64,000 nt of DNA from NCBI GenBank assembly GCA_963663805.2, contig CAXXMR010000013.1:256001-320000 (forward strand), given 5' to 3'. Below are positions 51,856 through 60,646 of this stretch, piece by piece. Origin of the DNA: Sedimentisphaerales bacterium. GTDB taxonomy: Bacteria > Planctomycetota > Phycisphaerae > Sedimentisphaerales > SM23-30. Below the pieces are notes generated by a model. The model saw only the letters and a list, made by a program, of their open reading frames with translations. It made no database searches and was not told the origin of the DNA. Position 1 is the first letter of the stretch. The number at the start of each line of letters is the position of its first letter. A program made the position numbers and the translations under genes.

Positions 51856-53284
51856 TTTTATTAATGAGCCTGAGCTTGAATTTGGAAATGGCGGCTACCA
51901 TTTGGACATTAGATTTGGCATGATGTCTTATGGGCCATTCGATATAAATGCCAACCTTCGCCCAAAGGACATACGGATCGGGTTAATTGGAACATCTATT
52001 TGTTTAGAAAAACTTATCTCCTGGCTGGATAGATGTTCGAATGGAATTGATGCAAAGGAAAGTAATCAGCCTACACTTTTTCCCAAGTTTCCTGGATTTT
52101 CGATTGATAAATGCTTTAAATCTCGCCTTGTCATTCATGAAGAGTATAAATCTGAAATCTCAAGACCTGAAATCTGTGGTCTTGATAGAAGAAACATAGT
52201 TCAAAGCATTGTTGGATTGTACGTCTACAAGGCACGGATTTTGGCAGAGAAATGTTCGTTAGACATAATTATATGTGCATTACCATTAGAAATTCTTGAA
52301 TTGGTAAGTTCTGCTGAGGATAAGTTAAAAACAGAAGAACGAGATTCTATGGGACATGGAATAAAGGAGGATATTCACGACTTACTTAAAGCTCGTATGA
52401 TGGTTTTGCTGAATTTGCCTATCCAACTAGTTTTACCCTCGACATATGATAATACAAAAATCCGAGATCAAAAAAAAGTGTTGCATCATACTCGAAATGT
52501 CCAAGACGAAGCTACTAGAGCATGGAATTTTCATATTGCTTTGTATTATAAAGCTAAGGGTATTCCATGGAGAATTGTTAGGGGTTCATCTGAATTTACA
52601 TCCTGCTTTATTGGTATTTGTTTTTATTATAGCTTGGACAAAACAAAAATGCTTACGAGTATTGCTCAGGTTTTTAATGAGAGAGGTGAGGGGCTCATCC
52701 TAAAAGGGGCCCCCGCTGAAATATCAGATGAGGATAGGCAACCACATTTGACTGAGAGGGACGCAGAGAGTTTACTTAATTCTGCTTTGCAGAAATATAG
52801 AGATGAGCATGGAAATTTTCCTGCGAGAGTTGTAATGCATAAGACTTCTGACTACTCTGCAAGTGAATTAGGGGGTTTTAATAGTGCTTTGAAGACCCAC
52901 AATATCTACACGTCTGATCTCATGGCGGTAAAGCCTTCATTTATAAGGCTTTTTCGAGAGGGGGCGTATCCTCCGCTTAGAGGGACTTTTCTGAGCCTTG
53001 ACTCGAATGATCATCTGCTTTATACGCATGGAAGTGTTGATTTTTTTAAAACTTACCCCGGCATGTATGTTCCACGGACTTTGCGAATCAAATTAGCTCA
53101 GACGAACCAAACTCCACAATATTTAGCTGAAGAGATTCTGGCTTTGACAAAGATGAACTGGAATGTTACTCAGTTTAATGGTTTTTTCCCAGTTACAATT
53201 GATGCCGCAAGAAAAGTAGGACAGATTCTAAAGTACGTTGATGAAGGTCAGTCAATACAGAATCGTTATAGCTTTTACATGTGA
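51845..53284 (+). CDS. Short prokaryotic Argonaute (MID-PIWI, catalytically inactive)
   Basis: 479 aa; EPELEFG, QDEATRAWNF..ALYYKA..PW MID motif, CFIGICFY, PARVVMHKTS, YPPLRGT, YPGMYVPR, EILALTKMNWN, RYSFYM. Confidence 0.92.
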   Translation: MNIDFINEPELEFGNGGYHLDIRFGMMSYGPFDINANLRPKDIRIGLIGTSICLEKLISWLDRCSNGIDAKESNQPTLFPKFPGFSIDKCFKSRLVIHEEYKSEISRPEICGLDRRNIVQSIVGLYVYKARILAEKCSLDIIICALPLEILELVSSAEDKLKTEERDSMGHGIKEDIHDLLKARMMVLLNLPIQLVLPSTYDNTKIRDQKKVLHHTRNVQDEATRAWNFHIALYYKAKGIPWRIVRGSSEFTSCFIGICFYYSLDKTKMLTSIAQVFNERGEGLILKGAPAEISDEDRQPHLTERDAESLLNSALQKYRDEHGNFPARVVMHKTSDYSASELGGFNSALKTHNIYTSDLMAVKPSFIRLFREGAYPPLRGTFLSLDSNDHLLYTHGSVDFFKTYPGMYVPRTLRIKLAQTNQTPQYLAEEILALTKMNWNVTQFNGFFPVTIDAARKVGQILKYVDEGQSIQNRYSFYM

Positions 53285-53410
53285 TAATGTTTATACATCA
53301 CTCTTATGGAAGCGTGGGGATGATTTTCCAAATCGACCATTTTGGTCGTTTTACCATTGATAAAACTGCATAATCTCGCTTATAACAATCTTTTGGGCCG
53401 CTTACGCAGT

Positions 53411-54199
53411 TTAATGAGAACGCTCAAGGAGATTGCAATATTCATTAATTTGATAACCACCGATGACTTGTATTCTTGATGCTGCTTTTGTCTTTCGCCA
53501 TATTCTTAAATGTTTAGTTGTAAGGTTGTTTTCATATACAACGATAATTTTCTTTCGAGCAGTTTCATATAGTAAGTTTAGGAATTCCATACTGACAAAA
53601 ATCTTGTTTTTCGAAGCGGACTCTTCTGTTGTATACATAAACTTGAGATATCGTTTTAGCGTAAGCGAATAAAAACAAGTGCCAGAGCCATCTTCCTGCT
53701 GAATAGCACCAATTAAATATACTTGCTGTTTTGTTTCGAGAGATAGTCTATATAATGCCTTTAGATCTGAATAGGGAAACATGGTGTATATCGGATAATT
53801 AAAAAAACAACATGTAGGGTATAATTGCCAATTAAACAAAAACTGTGTTAGTTTAAAGATAGAGATGTGAATATTATATTTGCTATGAATCATTTTTTTA
53901 GCTAGTGGCACAGTCCACAATTTGCTTTTATACCCAAAGTCCGAAGGGGTGTATCCTTTAATTATTTGTTTGATTTCCTCTTCTGGTATGATGACGGTTT
54001 TCTTTTTAGATCCTCCTCTCCTTTTGGGCCGAAGATTTCCCTCATTGCACAATTGTTTACGCCAGTTATAAATTGTTTGCCTTGATACATTGTTTTCTCG
54101 TGCCACTTCCGAAAGGGGCTTTTGAAGAAGGCATTTAAGAATGTTTTCTCTTTTTAATTCTTGGGTTTTTAGATAGTACTCCCTTTTATAGTCATTCAT
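53411..54199 (-). CDS. IS630-transposase-derived HTH/winged-helix protein with degenerate catalytic domain
   Basis: SEVARENNVSRQTIYNWRK HTH; PSDFGY..LWT winged-HTH segment typical of IS630; IIVVYEN where IS630 enzymes usually have LDN. Confidence 0.6.
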   Translation of the reverse strand: MNDYKREYYLKTQELKRENILKCLLQKPLSEVARENNVSRQTIYNWRKQLCNEGNLRPKRRGGSKKKTVIIPEEEIKQIIKGYTPSDFGYKSKLWTVPLAKKMIHSKYNIHISIFKLTQFLFNWQLYPTCCFFNYPIYTMFPYSDLKALYRLSLETKQQVYLIGAIQQEDGSGTCFYSLTLKRYLKFMYTTEESASKNKIFVSMEFLNLLYETARKKIIVVYENNLTTKHLRIWRKTKAASRIQVIGGYQINEYCNLLERSH

Positions 54200-54692
54200 T
54201 TTACACCTCAGAAACAGTAAAATGTCTTCTGGCTGCAACTGATAATTTACGAGTTATGCTTGTCCTACGAATTCCTTTTCGCCGACATTTCTTAAGCCTG
54301 TTTGATGGGTACGCATATATTATTGTTCTGAAACCAGGCTAATTCTAGTTCAAAATCTAAAAGATTCTTTTTAATCTTTAGATGAGATACCAAGGTCAGG
54401 TTTTCTCCATGATTATGTGAGCTTTTTCTAATGAGAAGTTGCCATTATTTCTACACTGCAGCTCCAATCAACATTTTTTTATACATAAAATTATTATCTC
54501 ACGTCTCAAAAGCCATAACAAGTGTAAAATATTCACATTATAGTTGCGGTTGTGTGACACGTTAGTCTTGTATTTACAGCTATTTATATAATCACCACAT
54601 AAAGCGCCAGGATACTTATTTTGCTTTTTTACATAAGTGTTGACGACGCAATGGGCGAAGTCAAAAGAGAACCCAAATTGAAAGGGTATAAG

Positions 54693-56114
54693 ATGAACAA
54701 TGTTGCTGTAAAGATTAATGAGTTGGACAAAAAGTTGGGCAAAAATATGATGGAGGTCTCTATCGAAATCGGGAAATTGCTTACCGATGTAAAGAAGGCT
54801 GTCGGTCATGGCAAATGGGAATCTTGGATGGAGAAGAATCTTGAGTTCTCTGCTACCAAGGCAAAACGTTATATGAAGATCTATAAGTTCTCCTTAACAC
54901 TTAACGAGGAAGAAACGACCAATTTGGTCGATTTGACCTTGGGGGAAGCCTATGAAAAAGCTACGGATGAAGAAGAAAATACAAATGATCGTTCAAAGCC
55001 CGCAAAAAAGTCAAATGAATATTATAGAATGAATGACAAAGCCAGAGCAGTAATTAGAGAACTCTTCGCTAATAGGCAGCATGACTATAATAATCCCCCT
55101 AAAGGTAAATTTTTGAATCAAATCATTAATGGGGATACTCTTGATATTATGCGTAAGATGAAATCTAATAGTGTTCATCTCATTTGTACCAGTATTCCGT
55201 ATAATAACAATCTATACTATGGGCCACACTTTAACGACAACAGGCCTTATCAAGAGTATCTTGATTGGTTGGGTGAATTTGTTACTCTTTGCTATCGAGT
55301 ATTAGTAAAGGGAGGAAAACTTATAATCAATTGCGATAACATGACAAACAAGGATAGAGATAAAAATGGTGAATTTACTTATCGTCATGCCTTAGATTGC
55401 GATCTGCGTTATAAGGTTCGAGAGCTTAAGTTGGGGCTATTAGAATATCAAGATATTATTTGGTATAAGTATAATAATGGTGGAGCTAAAATTAAATGTT
55501 GGGGTTCATACGCTTCTCCTTCTCAGCCAAATTTTCTTAACTGTAAAGAGCACTTTATAATTTGGGCAAAAGATACATATAAATTAGAGCAGCCAAAAGG
55601 AGTTGAAGCTGATATTACAAAAGACGAATTTGAAGAATGGACTTATAATGTATGGTCCATTCATCCTAACACAAACATTAATTGCCCTCATCCTTGCACT
55701 TGGCCAGAACGTCTAACTGAACGTTTTATTAAACTTTTCAGTTTTCCAAATCAAGTCGTAATGGACCCATTTTGTGGGAGTGGAACAACTAGTTACTCAG
55801 CCAAACAGTTGGATAGGCAGTTTATTGGAATTGACCAGAATTCAAACTACAGCCAGTGGGCAAAGGATAGAATTGATGGTAAAGATATGACTATGGTTCT
55901 TGCTGAATTTCTGTTGAGCGTAAAATCAGAATTGGAAAATAAGTTATCGCCTGAATTAGTTGCTAACAAATACGGTCGGTATTTTAGAATGGCAACCCCC
56001 GAAGGGGAAAGGTGTAAAGCAAGAGTATCTAAATCTGAAACATTGAAGAGGGCACAAACCATAAAGAATACAAATACCCTCTCTAAAAAGAAGCAGAGAA
56101 AGGAGGTAGCTTAA
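54693..56114 (+). CDS. DUF3102-like domain fused to a beta-class N4/N6 DNA methyltransferase
   Basis: EIGKLL..GHGKWESW..FS..AKRYM N-terminus; ICTSIPY catalytic motif preceding HPCTWP and VMDPFCGSGTT SAM-binding motif; start set at MNNVAV. Confidence 0.82.
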   Translation: MNNVAVKINELDKKLGKNMMEVSIEIGKLLTDVKKAVGHGKWESWMEKNLEFSATKAKRYMKIYKFSLTLNEEETTNLVDLTLGEAYEKATDEEENTNDRSKPAKKSNEYYRMNDKARAVIRELFANRQHDYNNPPKGKFLNQIINGDTLDIMRKMKSNSVHLICTSIPYNNNLYYGPHFNDNRPYQEYLDWLGEFVTLCYRVLVKGGKLIINCDNMTNKDRDKNGEFTYRHALDCDLRYKVRELKLGLLEYQDIIWYKYNNGGAKIKCWGSYASPSQPNFLNCKEHFIIWAKDTYKLEQPKGVEADITKDEFEEWTYNVWSIHPNTNINCPHPCTWPERLTERFIKLFSFPNQVVMDPFCGSGTTSYSAKQLDRQFIGIDQNSNYSQWAKDRIDGKDMTMVLAEFLLSVKSELENKLSPELVANKYGRYFRMATPEGERCKARVSKSETLKRAQTIKNTNTLSKKKQRKEVA

Positions 56115-56241
56115 AAGTCAGAGTTTTGTTGTTGCTTGATGTAGATGTCGGCCAATGTGCCACGTCTGCATTACTAGAAAGTAGAATCTAAAGCGTTTAA
56201 AGAATAATTTGAAGACAATATTTCAATAAGGAGACTTTAAA

Positions 56242-56667
56242 ATGTCAAAGGCAAAAAAAAGAATTAGTGGAAGAAATCGGAGAAATTCAACTCAGAAGCA
56301 AGATTTCGGATTTGTCGACTTTCCTGCTGGTGGTGCATTGTTTTATAAAAGCGATAAAGGTAACTGTTTACATGTTTTTGACAACATTGGTTTTATGGCA
56401 ATCGATATGTCCGGAAAGAGTTTTGAAATTGAGGGCTTGGTTTTTGATACAGAAAGAGGCTGGTATGATGCAAATGCAGATATTCCAAAATACTACGGCA
56501 AGAGCGTATATAGTGCATGTATGGATTATGCTGTAGATAGAGCAATAAGTGATAATTGGTATTTACAGCTTGCTATATTTGGTAAAAAAAGACCTGCTGA
56601 AAGTGCTATGTTGATTAGTTATGACGATCTCGTGAGTCGTTTAGAGAGTGAATGCTGTTCCGCATAG
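56242..56667 (+). CDS. Hypothetical protein
   Basis: 141-aa ORF with AAGGAG RBS. Confidence 0.7.
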   Translation: MSKAKKRISGRNRRNSTQKQDFGFVDFPAGGALFYKSDKGNCLHVFDNIGFMAIDMSGKSFEIEGLVFDTERGWYDANADIPKYYGKSVYSACMDYAVDRAISDNWYLQLAIFGKKRPAESAMLISYDDLVSRLESECCSA

Positions 56668-56722
56668 TATTAATTATAACTAACATATACTCACAGCAAA
56701 CGTTTCGTAGTGTTTTATATTT

Positions 56723-56758
56723 AGTCAGAGCATTGGCGATATTTCCGATGCTCTGACT
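56723..56758. terminator. Stem-loop / probable terminator
   Basis: AGTCAGAGCATTGG / CCGATGCTCTGACT 14-bp stem with one G-U pair. Confidence 0.6.
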
Positions 56759-57012
56759 TTGATGAGAAGTGCTTTAAACTTTTTTCATAAAAACTTTATC
56801 TTCTATTTTTTTGTTGGAAAGTGATTAATTTTCTGATAGAATACTCGAAGTCAGGGGTAAACAACTTCTGACTTCTCAACTGTAAAGTTGAGTGGGTTGA
56901 AATATTATTATTTTTATTGCTTAAGCTATGCTTGAGTATCTCAGTCTTTGAGATTGAGTGGATTACAATGTTGTTGTTGTAGTAAACTGTTAAGTTGTAG
57001 AACTTGACGAAA

Positions 57013-57050
57013 GAAGCCATCAGATTAATTTCTGGTGGCTTTTTTTATTT
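57013..57050 (+). terminator. Rho-independent terminator
   Basis: AAGCCATCAGA / TCTGGTGGCTT stem followed by a T run. Confidence 0.7.
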
Positions 57051-57931
57051 GATCCTTATGAAAAAATATTTTTATTTTTATCCTCAAATGGGGCTGATTA
57101 GTGATAAGCAAATAATTAAAATAGAACCATAAATTAAGACTCAAAAAGAATTGGGTCGAGATAAGTTATTATACGAGGAAGAATCCGTTTAAATATTTCC
57201 CGGCAAAAAAGGAATTTTCTTATTTTTGTCGAATATATATATGAACAGAGTGTAGGCTGAGTATTAATGTTGGCAGCAAGAAAACCAAGACGAAATTATA
57301 AGAAAGAATATATGATGAATTAACAATCAGAAGTAACAATCTGGTTTTCTTGCTTTTACCCTGTGTGGCTACACCTGCACAGGGTTTTTATTTTGGTAAA
57401 TATAATGGTTTTAATCAAAATTAATACATTAGTTGAATACACTAATCCTGAGCAAAGTAAAGTTTTTTTGCGGATTTTAACTGAATTATATTATGATGCT
57501 TTTCCTTTCTTTAACAAAGAAGAGATATCAGCTGATATAATCAATATCCAACATCCTGCGGATGTAGGATATTTCGCGGTGACCAGCAGAGCTGTCCCCC
57601 GCGATTTATTCTACTTCGGATTTATTTCAGGAATATTATTATTTCAACATTTTCATTTATACATACGAGCAAAGCGAGTTCTTCTACAAAATATAATAAC
57701 CTGATAATTATTGAAATACTATCAGCAACAATGACTATTGTTGTTGATTTCAGCGAGTATCCTTTAGGATATGAGCTGATCAACTTAATTTATCTATTTT
57801 TATTAAAGCTTATATTATTACCCATTAGTCTTTTTTTAGGCAACACGTCGCAAAAAAAGCAAAAAAAATATAATTTTTATGAAAAAACTGAATTTTATTG
57901 AAAAAGTGGCATTTTAAGACAGGAAAAATGA

Positions 57932-58660
57932 ATGGATTACGATAAATCGAAACAAACGGCATTTATCCAAAGGGATATTTTCAGATCAACATATTCCTAT
58001 TTCAGGCAATGTGACCGCATATTTACGGACTATATCTATGGGGATCCGTATTATCAAACTTTATGCGACTTGATATACTCATTTCTGGGCAGATGGCAGA
58101 TAGACTACTCAATCGACTGCCAATGTCTTGGACTGATAGATGTTGTCCAGTTGGTATCAGACTTGTACGCAGTATTTATCAAAGCAGACGTAAAAGTTAA
58201 AGAGCATAAAGCTATGCTCAGTGAGCGATATAGAAAGAATTATATACACAAGGCTTTGAGGAATGCAACATGGAAGCTGCTGCATAAGCAGTTACAGAGA
58301 TATATCATAATAAAAGATCAACAGTCTGATATTGAAAAGGTGTTGAATGACAATCTCAGGAGTTTTAGATATGTCAGTTTTGATGTCTACGAAGAGGATA
58401 ACTTTGTCGATCAAATCTCATATGAAAGATGGGTGGCAGAATCTGAGATAGTTCGAGATCGTGAGAGAAAGACAGATGTTATCAAAGAAATGAGTTCTAT
58501 TCTTAGTGCTTCAGAAGCACAAATCATAGATTTAACTTTAGAAGGATGGCATTTTTCCGATATGGCTGAAACCTTAAAATTGGAAGTAGAACAGGTCAGA
58601 AAAATATTCCATCGAGCAAAAAATAAATTAACAAATCACTATCAAATAACGAGGAGGTGA
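57932..58660 (+). CDS. Sigma-70-like (ECF-type) protein with region-4 HTH
   Basis: LSASEAQIIDLTLEGWHFSDMAETLKLEVEQVRKIFHRAKNKL region 4; NYIHKALRNATWKLLHK resembles a degenerate region 2. Confidence 0.7.
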   Translation: MDYDKSKQTAFIQRDIFRSTYSYFRQCDRIFTDYIYGDPYYQTLCDLIYSFLGRWQIDYSIDCQCLGLIDVVQLVSDLYAVFIKADVKVKEHKAMLSERYRKNYIHKALRNATWKLLHKQLQRYIIIKDQQSDIEKVLNDNLRSFRYVSFDVYEEDNFVDQISYERWVAESEIVRDRERKTDVIKEMSSILSASEAQIIDLTLEGWHFSDMAETLKLEVEQVRKIFHRAKNKLTNHYQITRR

Positions 58661-58664
58661 TACT

Positions 58665-58829
58665 ATGGCGAAACGTCAAAATCACAAACAGGCAAGAATC
58701 GGAAAAGAAATGCAGGCAACGTTGGATTTAATAGCCTTAATTCTTGATCCAGCAGAAAATGAAAAACTGCAAAAGCATTATGACATGCTGCTGAATGAAT
58801 GGACAAAAGCGGGCAGAGAACGCAGGTGA
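58665..58829 (+). CDS. Small hypothetical protein (54 aa), not in the ORF track
   Basis: GAGGAGGTGA RBS; MAKRQNHKQARIGKEMQATLDLIALILDPAENEKLQKHYDMLLNEWTKAGRERR. Confidence 0.65.
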   Translation: MAKRQNHKQARIGKEMQATLDLIALILDPAENEKLQKHYDMLLNEWTKAGRERR

Positions 58830-59016
58830 GCCACAATTAGCCCAGGATTGATTTTAATCCCCAAAGGGTTCTATTGGGGAATCAATAAATCCCCACAGAA
58901 TTGATCCTGGGGCATCTGGTGGCAAGGGGATATTTGTTATATTGTAATATAATATTTGATACAGTACCTGTTCAATTTCTGACTAATTTCTATCAATTTT
59001 CTGCTCAAAACTTTCC

Positions 59017-59044
59017 ACCAGAATAGAAATTTCTTCATTTTATA
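59017..59044 (+). promoter_or_regulatory. Repeated motif copy 1: ACCAGAAT-N16-TATA
   Basis: Same spacing in four intergenic copies; precedes ORF 59084. Confidence 0.7.
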
Positions 59045-59083
59045 AGTTTGTAGAGGTGAACTTGTATATTTGGAGAAATATCG

Positions 59084-59428
59084 ATGCTTTCAGTAGAAGA
59101 GATCAAAAATGGCCTGAATCAGTTTCATGGGACAGAGAATTACTGGAAAAACAATCTATTAACTTTTCGTTATACTGACGGGGTTAAATTTCTCCATGAA
59201 TCTTGCGAGGCATACTGGCTGCTCCAGGCGATCTCCAGTTATAAGAGAAAAGAGCATTTTCAGGCTTGGAAGTTAAAAGTAAAAGACCACTCTGCAATTC
59301 TGACCATGAGGGAAGATACTGGAGAACCAGTAAAAGTAAGACAAGAAATAATATTTACCGATTTCCCCCTTCCCGAAATTACTTTGTGGTTAATTGATGG
59401 TATTCTCATTCTTCCCTCCGAATATTAA
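59084..59428 (+). CDS. DUF6876-like protein
   Basis: QFHGTENY, YTDGVKFL, AYWLL, FQAWKL, TDFPL, ILPSEY match my recollection of this family. Confidence 0.75.
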   Translation: MLSVEEIKNGLNQFHGTENYWKNNLLTFRYTDGVKFLHESCEAYWLLQAISSYKRKEHFQAWKLKVKDHSAILTMREDTGEPVKVRQEIIFTDFPLPEITLWLIDGILILPSEY

Positions 59429-59432
59429 TCCT

Positions 59433-59460
59433 ACCAGAATGATAATTTTTAATCCTTATA
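59433..59460 (+). promoter_or_regulatory. Repeated motif copy 2: ACCAGAAT-N16-TATA
   Basis: Begins just after the previous stop; followed by a TTTGGAG RBS. Confidence 0.7.
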
Positions 59461-59488
59461 TTATTGCTGAAGAACTTTGGAGCAAAAA

Positions 59489-59866
59489 ATGGATACAAAA
59501 AAAGAACTCAAACCACTCTTGTCCTGGTTTCCATCAGATTTTGAAGAAGAAGATATTGAATTTGAGTGGGAATATTTGTTAGAACAATTAGATGAACTCA
59601 TTAAAGAAGTTAATTCTGAAGGATACTGGCTCTGTAAAGTAAGGAACTTCGGTTGGAGGAAAATATCTGGTCATGCATTTTTGCAATTTGAAACGGGAAA
59701 CGAATTGGTCCAGAAGGTTCTTCCTGAGACAGAATGCAGTTTTAATGTTTTTCGGGAAAACAATATTATTAAAATTCAAAACTTTCATCATGATAGCCCA
59801 ACTGGAAATGAGCATTATATATTAACTCCAATTAGTCAAGAACAGTTTGAAAACGAAGAAATATAA
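59489..59866 (+). CDS. Hypothetical acidic protein
   Basis: GGAG RBS before ATG 59489 (MDTKKELK); NFGWR and HHDSPTG motifs. Confidence 0.7.
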   Translation: MDTKKELKPLLSWFPSDFEEEDIEFEWEYLLEQLDELIKEVNSEGYWLCKVRNFGWRKISGHAFLQFETGNELVQKVLPETECSFNVFRENNIIKIQNFHHDSPTGNEHYILTPISQEQFENEEI

Positions 59867-59876
59867 GGAACATAAC

Positions 59877-60266
59877 ATGGACAAATATTTTGAAGTAGAA
59901 GCGACTGTTAGAATCCCAGAACAAAAAATAATGGATCTGATTGTGGCGGCAGTAGAAGGAGGATGTCATTATTGGGCAAGTTTCAAATTTCCTGAAAATT
60001 GGAAAGAAAAGTTTAAGTCTTATGAGTCTATTCCAATGAAGGGTGGCAAAATAGAAGTCTATGATGTTGAGACTGATGTATTGTTGGGATACTTAAACAG
60101 GGCAACCATTCAATTAGGGCTTCAACTTATGGCTGATTGCAAGGACATGAAGGGGAAATCTGTTCCAGCCAGACATTTTGAGAATCTCGCCACAGACAAC
60201 GATGACGCTGAAACAGCAGACGTATTTCTTCAACTATCTATTATTGGAGAAATAGTTTTTGGCTGA
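59877..60266 (+). CDS. Hypothetical phage-like protein
   Basis: AAGGA RBS before MDKYFEV; AVEGGCHYW and DAETADVFLQ..GEIVFG motifs. Confidence 0.7.
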   Translation: MDKYFEVEATVRIPEQKIMDLIVAAVEGGCHYWASFKFPENWKEKFKSYESIPMKGGKIEVYDVETDVLLGYLNRATIQLGLQLMADCKDMKGKSVPARHFENLATDNDDAETADVFLQLSIIGEIVFG

Positions 60267-60273
60267 TATTTCC

Positions 60274-60301
60274 ACCAGAATGATAAAAACTGATTTTTAT
60301 A
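60274..60301 (+). promoter_or_regulatory. Repeated motif copy 3: ACCAGAAT-N16-TATA
   Basis: Begins just after the previous stop; followed by a TTTGGAG RBS. Confidence 0.7.
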
Positions 60302-60331
60302 TAATTGATAAGATCATTTTGGAGCAATGAA

Positions 60332-60469
60332 ATGAAATCAGAAATTACTTTTTGGCAAAACGTTATTTTGAGTAAGAAGCATTATGAACCTCAAAATAGA
60401 GAAGAGGAAGCAAATTATAAGATTGCAGAATATTTTTTGTTATTGCAGGAAAAAGAACAAGCAGCATAA
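60332..60469 (+). CDS. Small hypothetical protein (45 aa), not in the ORF track
   Basis: GGAG RBS; MKSEITFWQNVILSKKHYEPQNREEEANYKIAEYFLLLQEKEQAA. Confidence 0.55.
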   Translation: MKSEITFWQNVILSKKHYEPQNREEEANYKIAEYFLLLQEKEQAA

Positions 60470-60487
60470 ATGGAAAGGTTTAAAACA

Positions 60488-60628
60488 ATGAAGAATTTCG
60501 AAGTGACATACCGGTTAAATGGCAAAGTATATCGCCAGGTAATTACTACAACTACCTCCATTAAGGCCAGGGAAATCTTGAGAAATTTACTCCCCCATGC
60601 AGTCATCACAGGAGCGAGAGAAGTTTAA
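60488..60628 (+). CDS. Small hypothetical protein (46 aa), not in the ORF track
   Basis: AAAGG RBS; MKNFEVTYRLNGKVYRQVITTTTSIKAREILRNLLPHAVITGAREV; fills the gap between neighbouring genes. Confidence 0.55.
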   Translation: MKNFEVTYRLNGKVYRQVITTTTSIKAREILRNLLPHAVITGAREV

Positions 60629-60646
60629 TTTGTTTCCGCGAAAATC

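Noticed and set aside
57363..57704. 113-aa ORF in the long intergenic region
   Set aside because: GTG start without RBS, atypical composition, overlaps several hairpins; likely spurious
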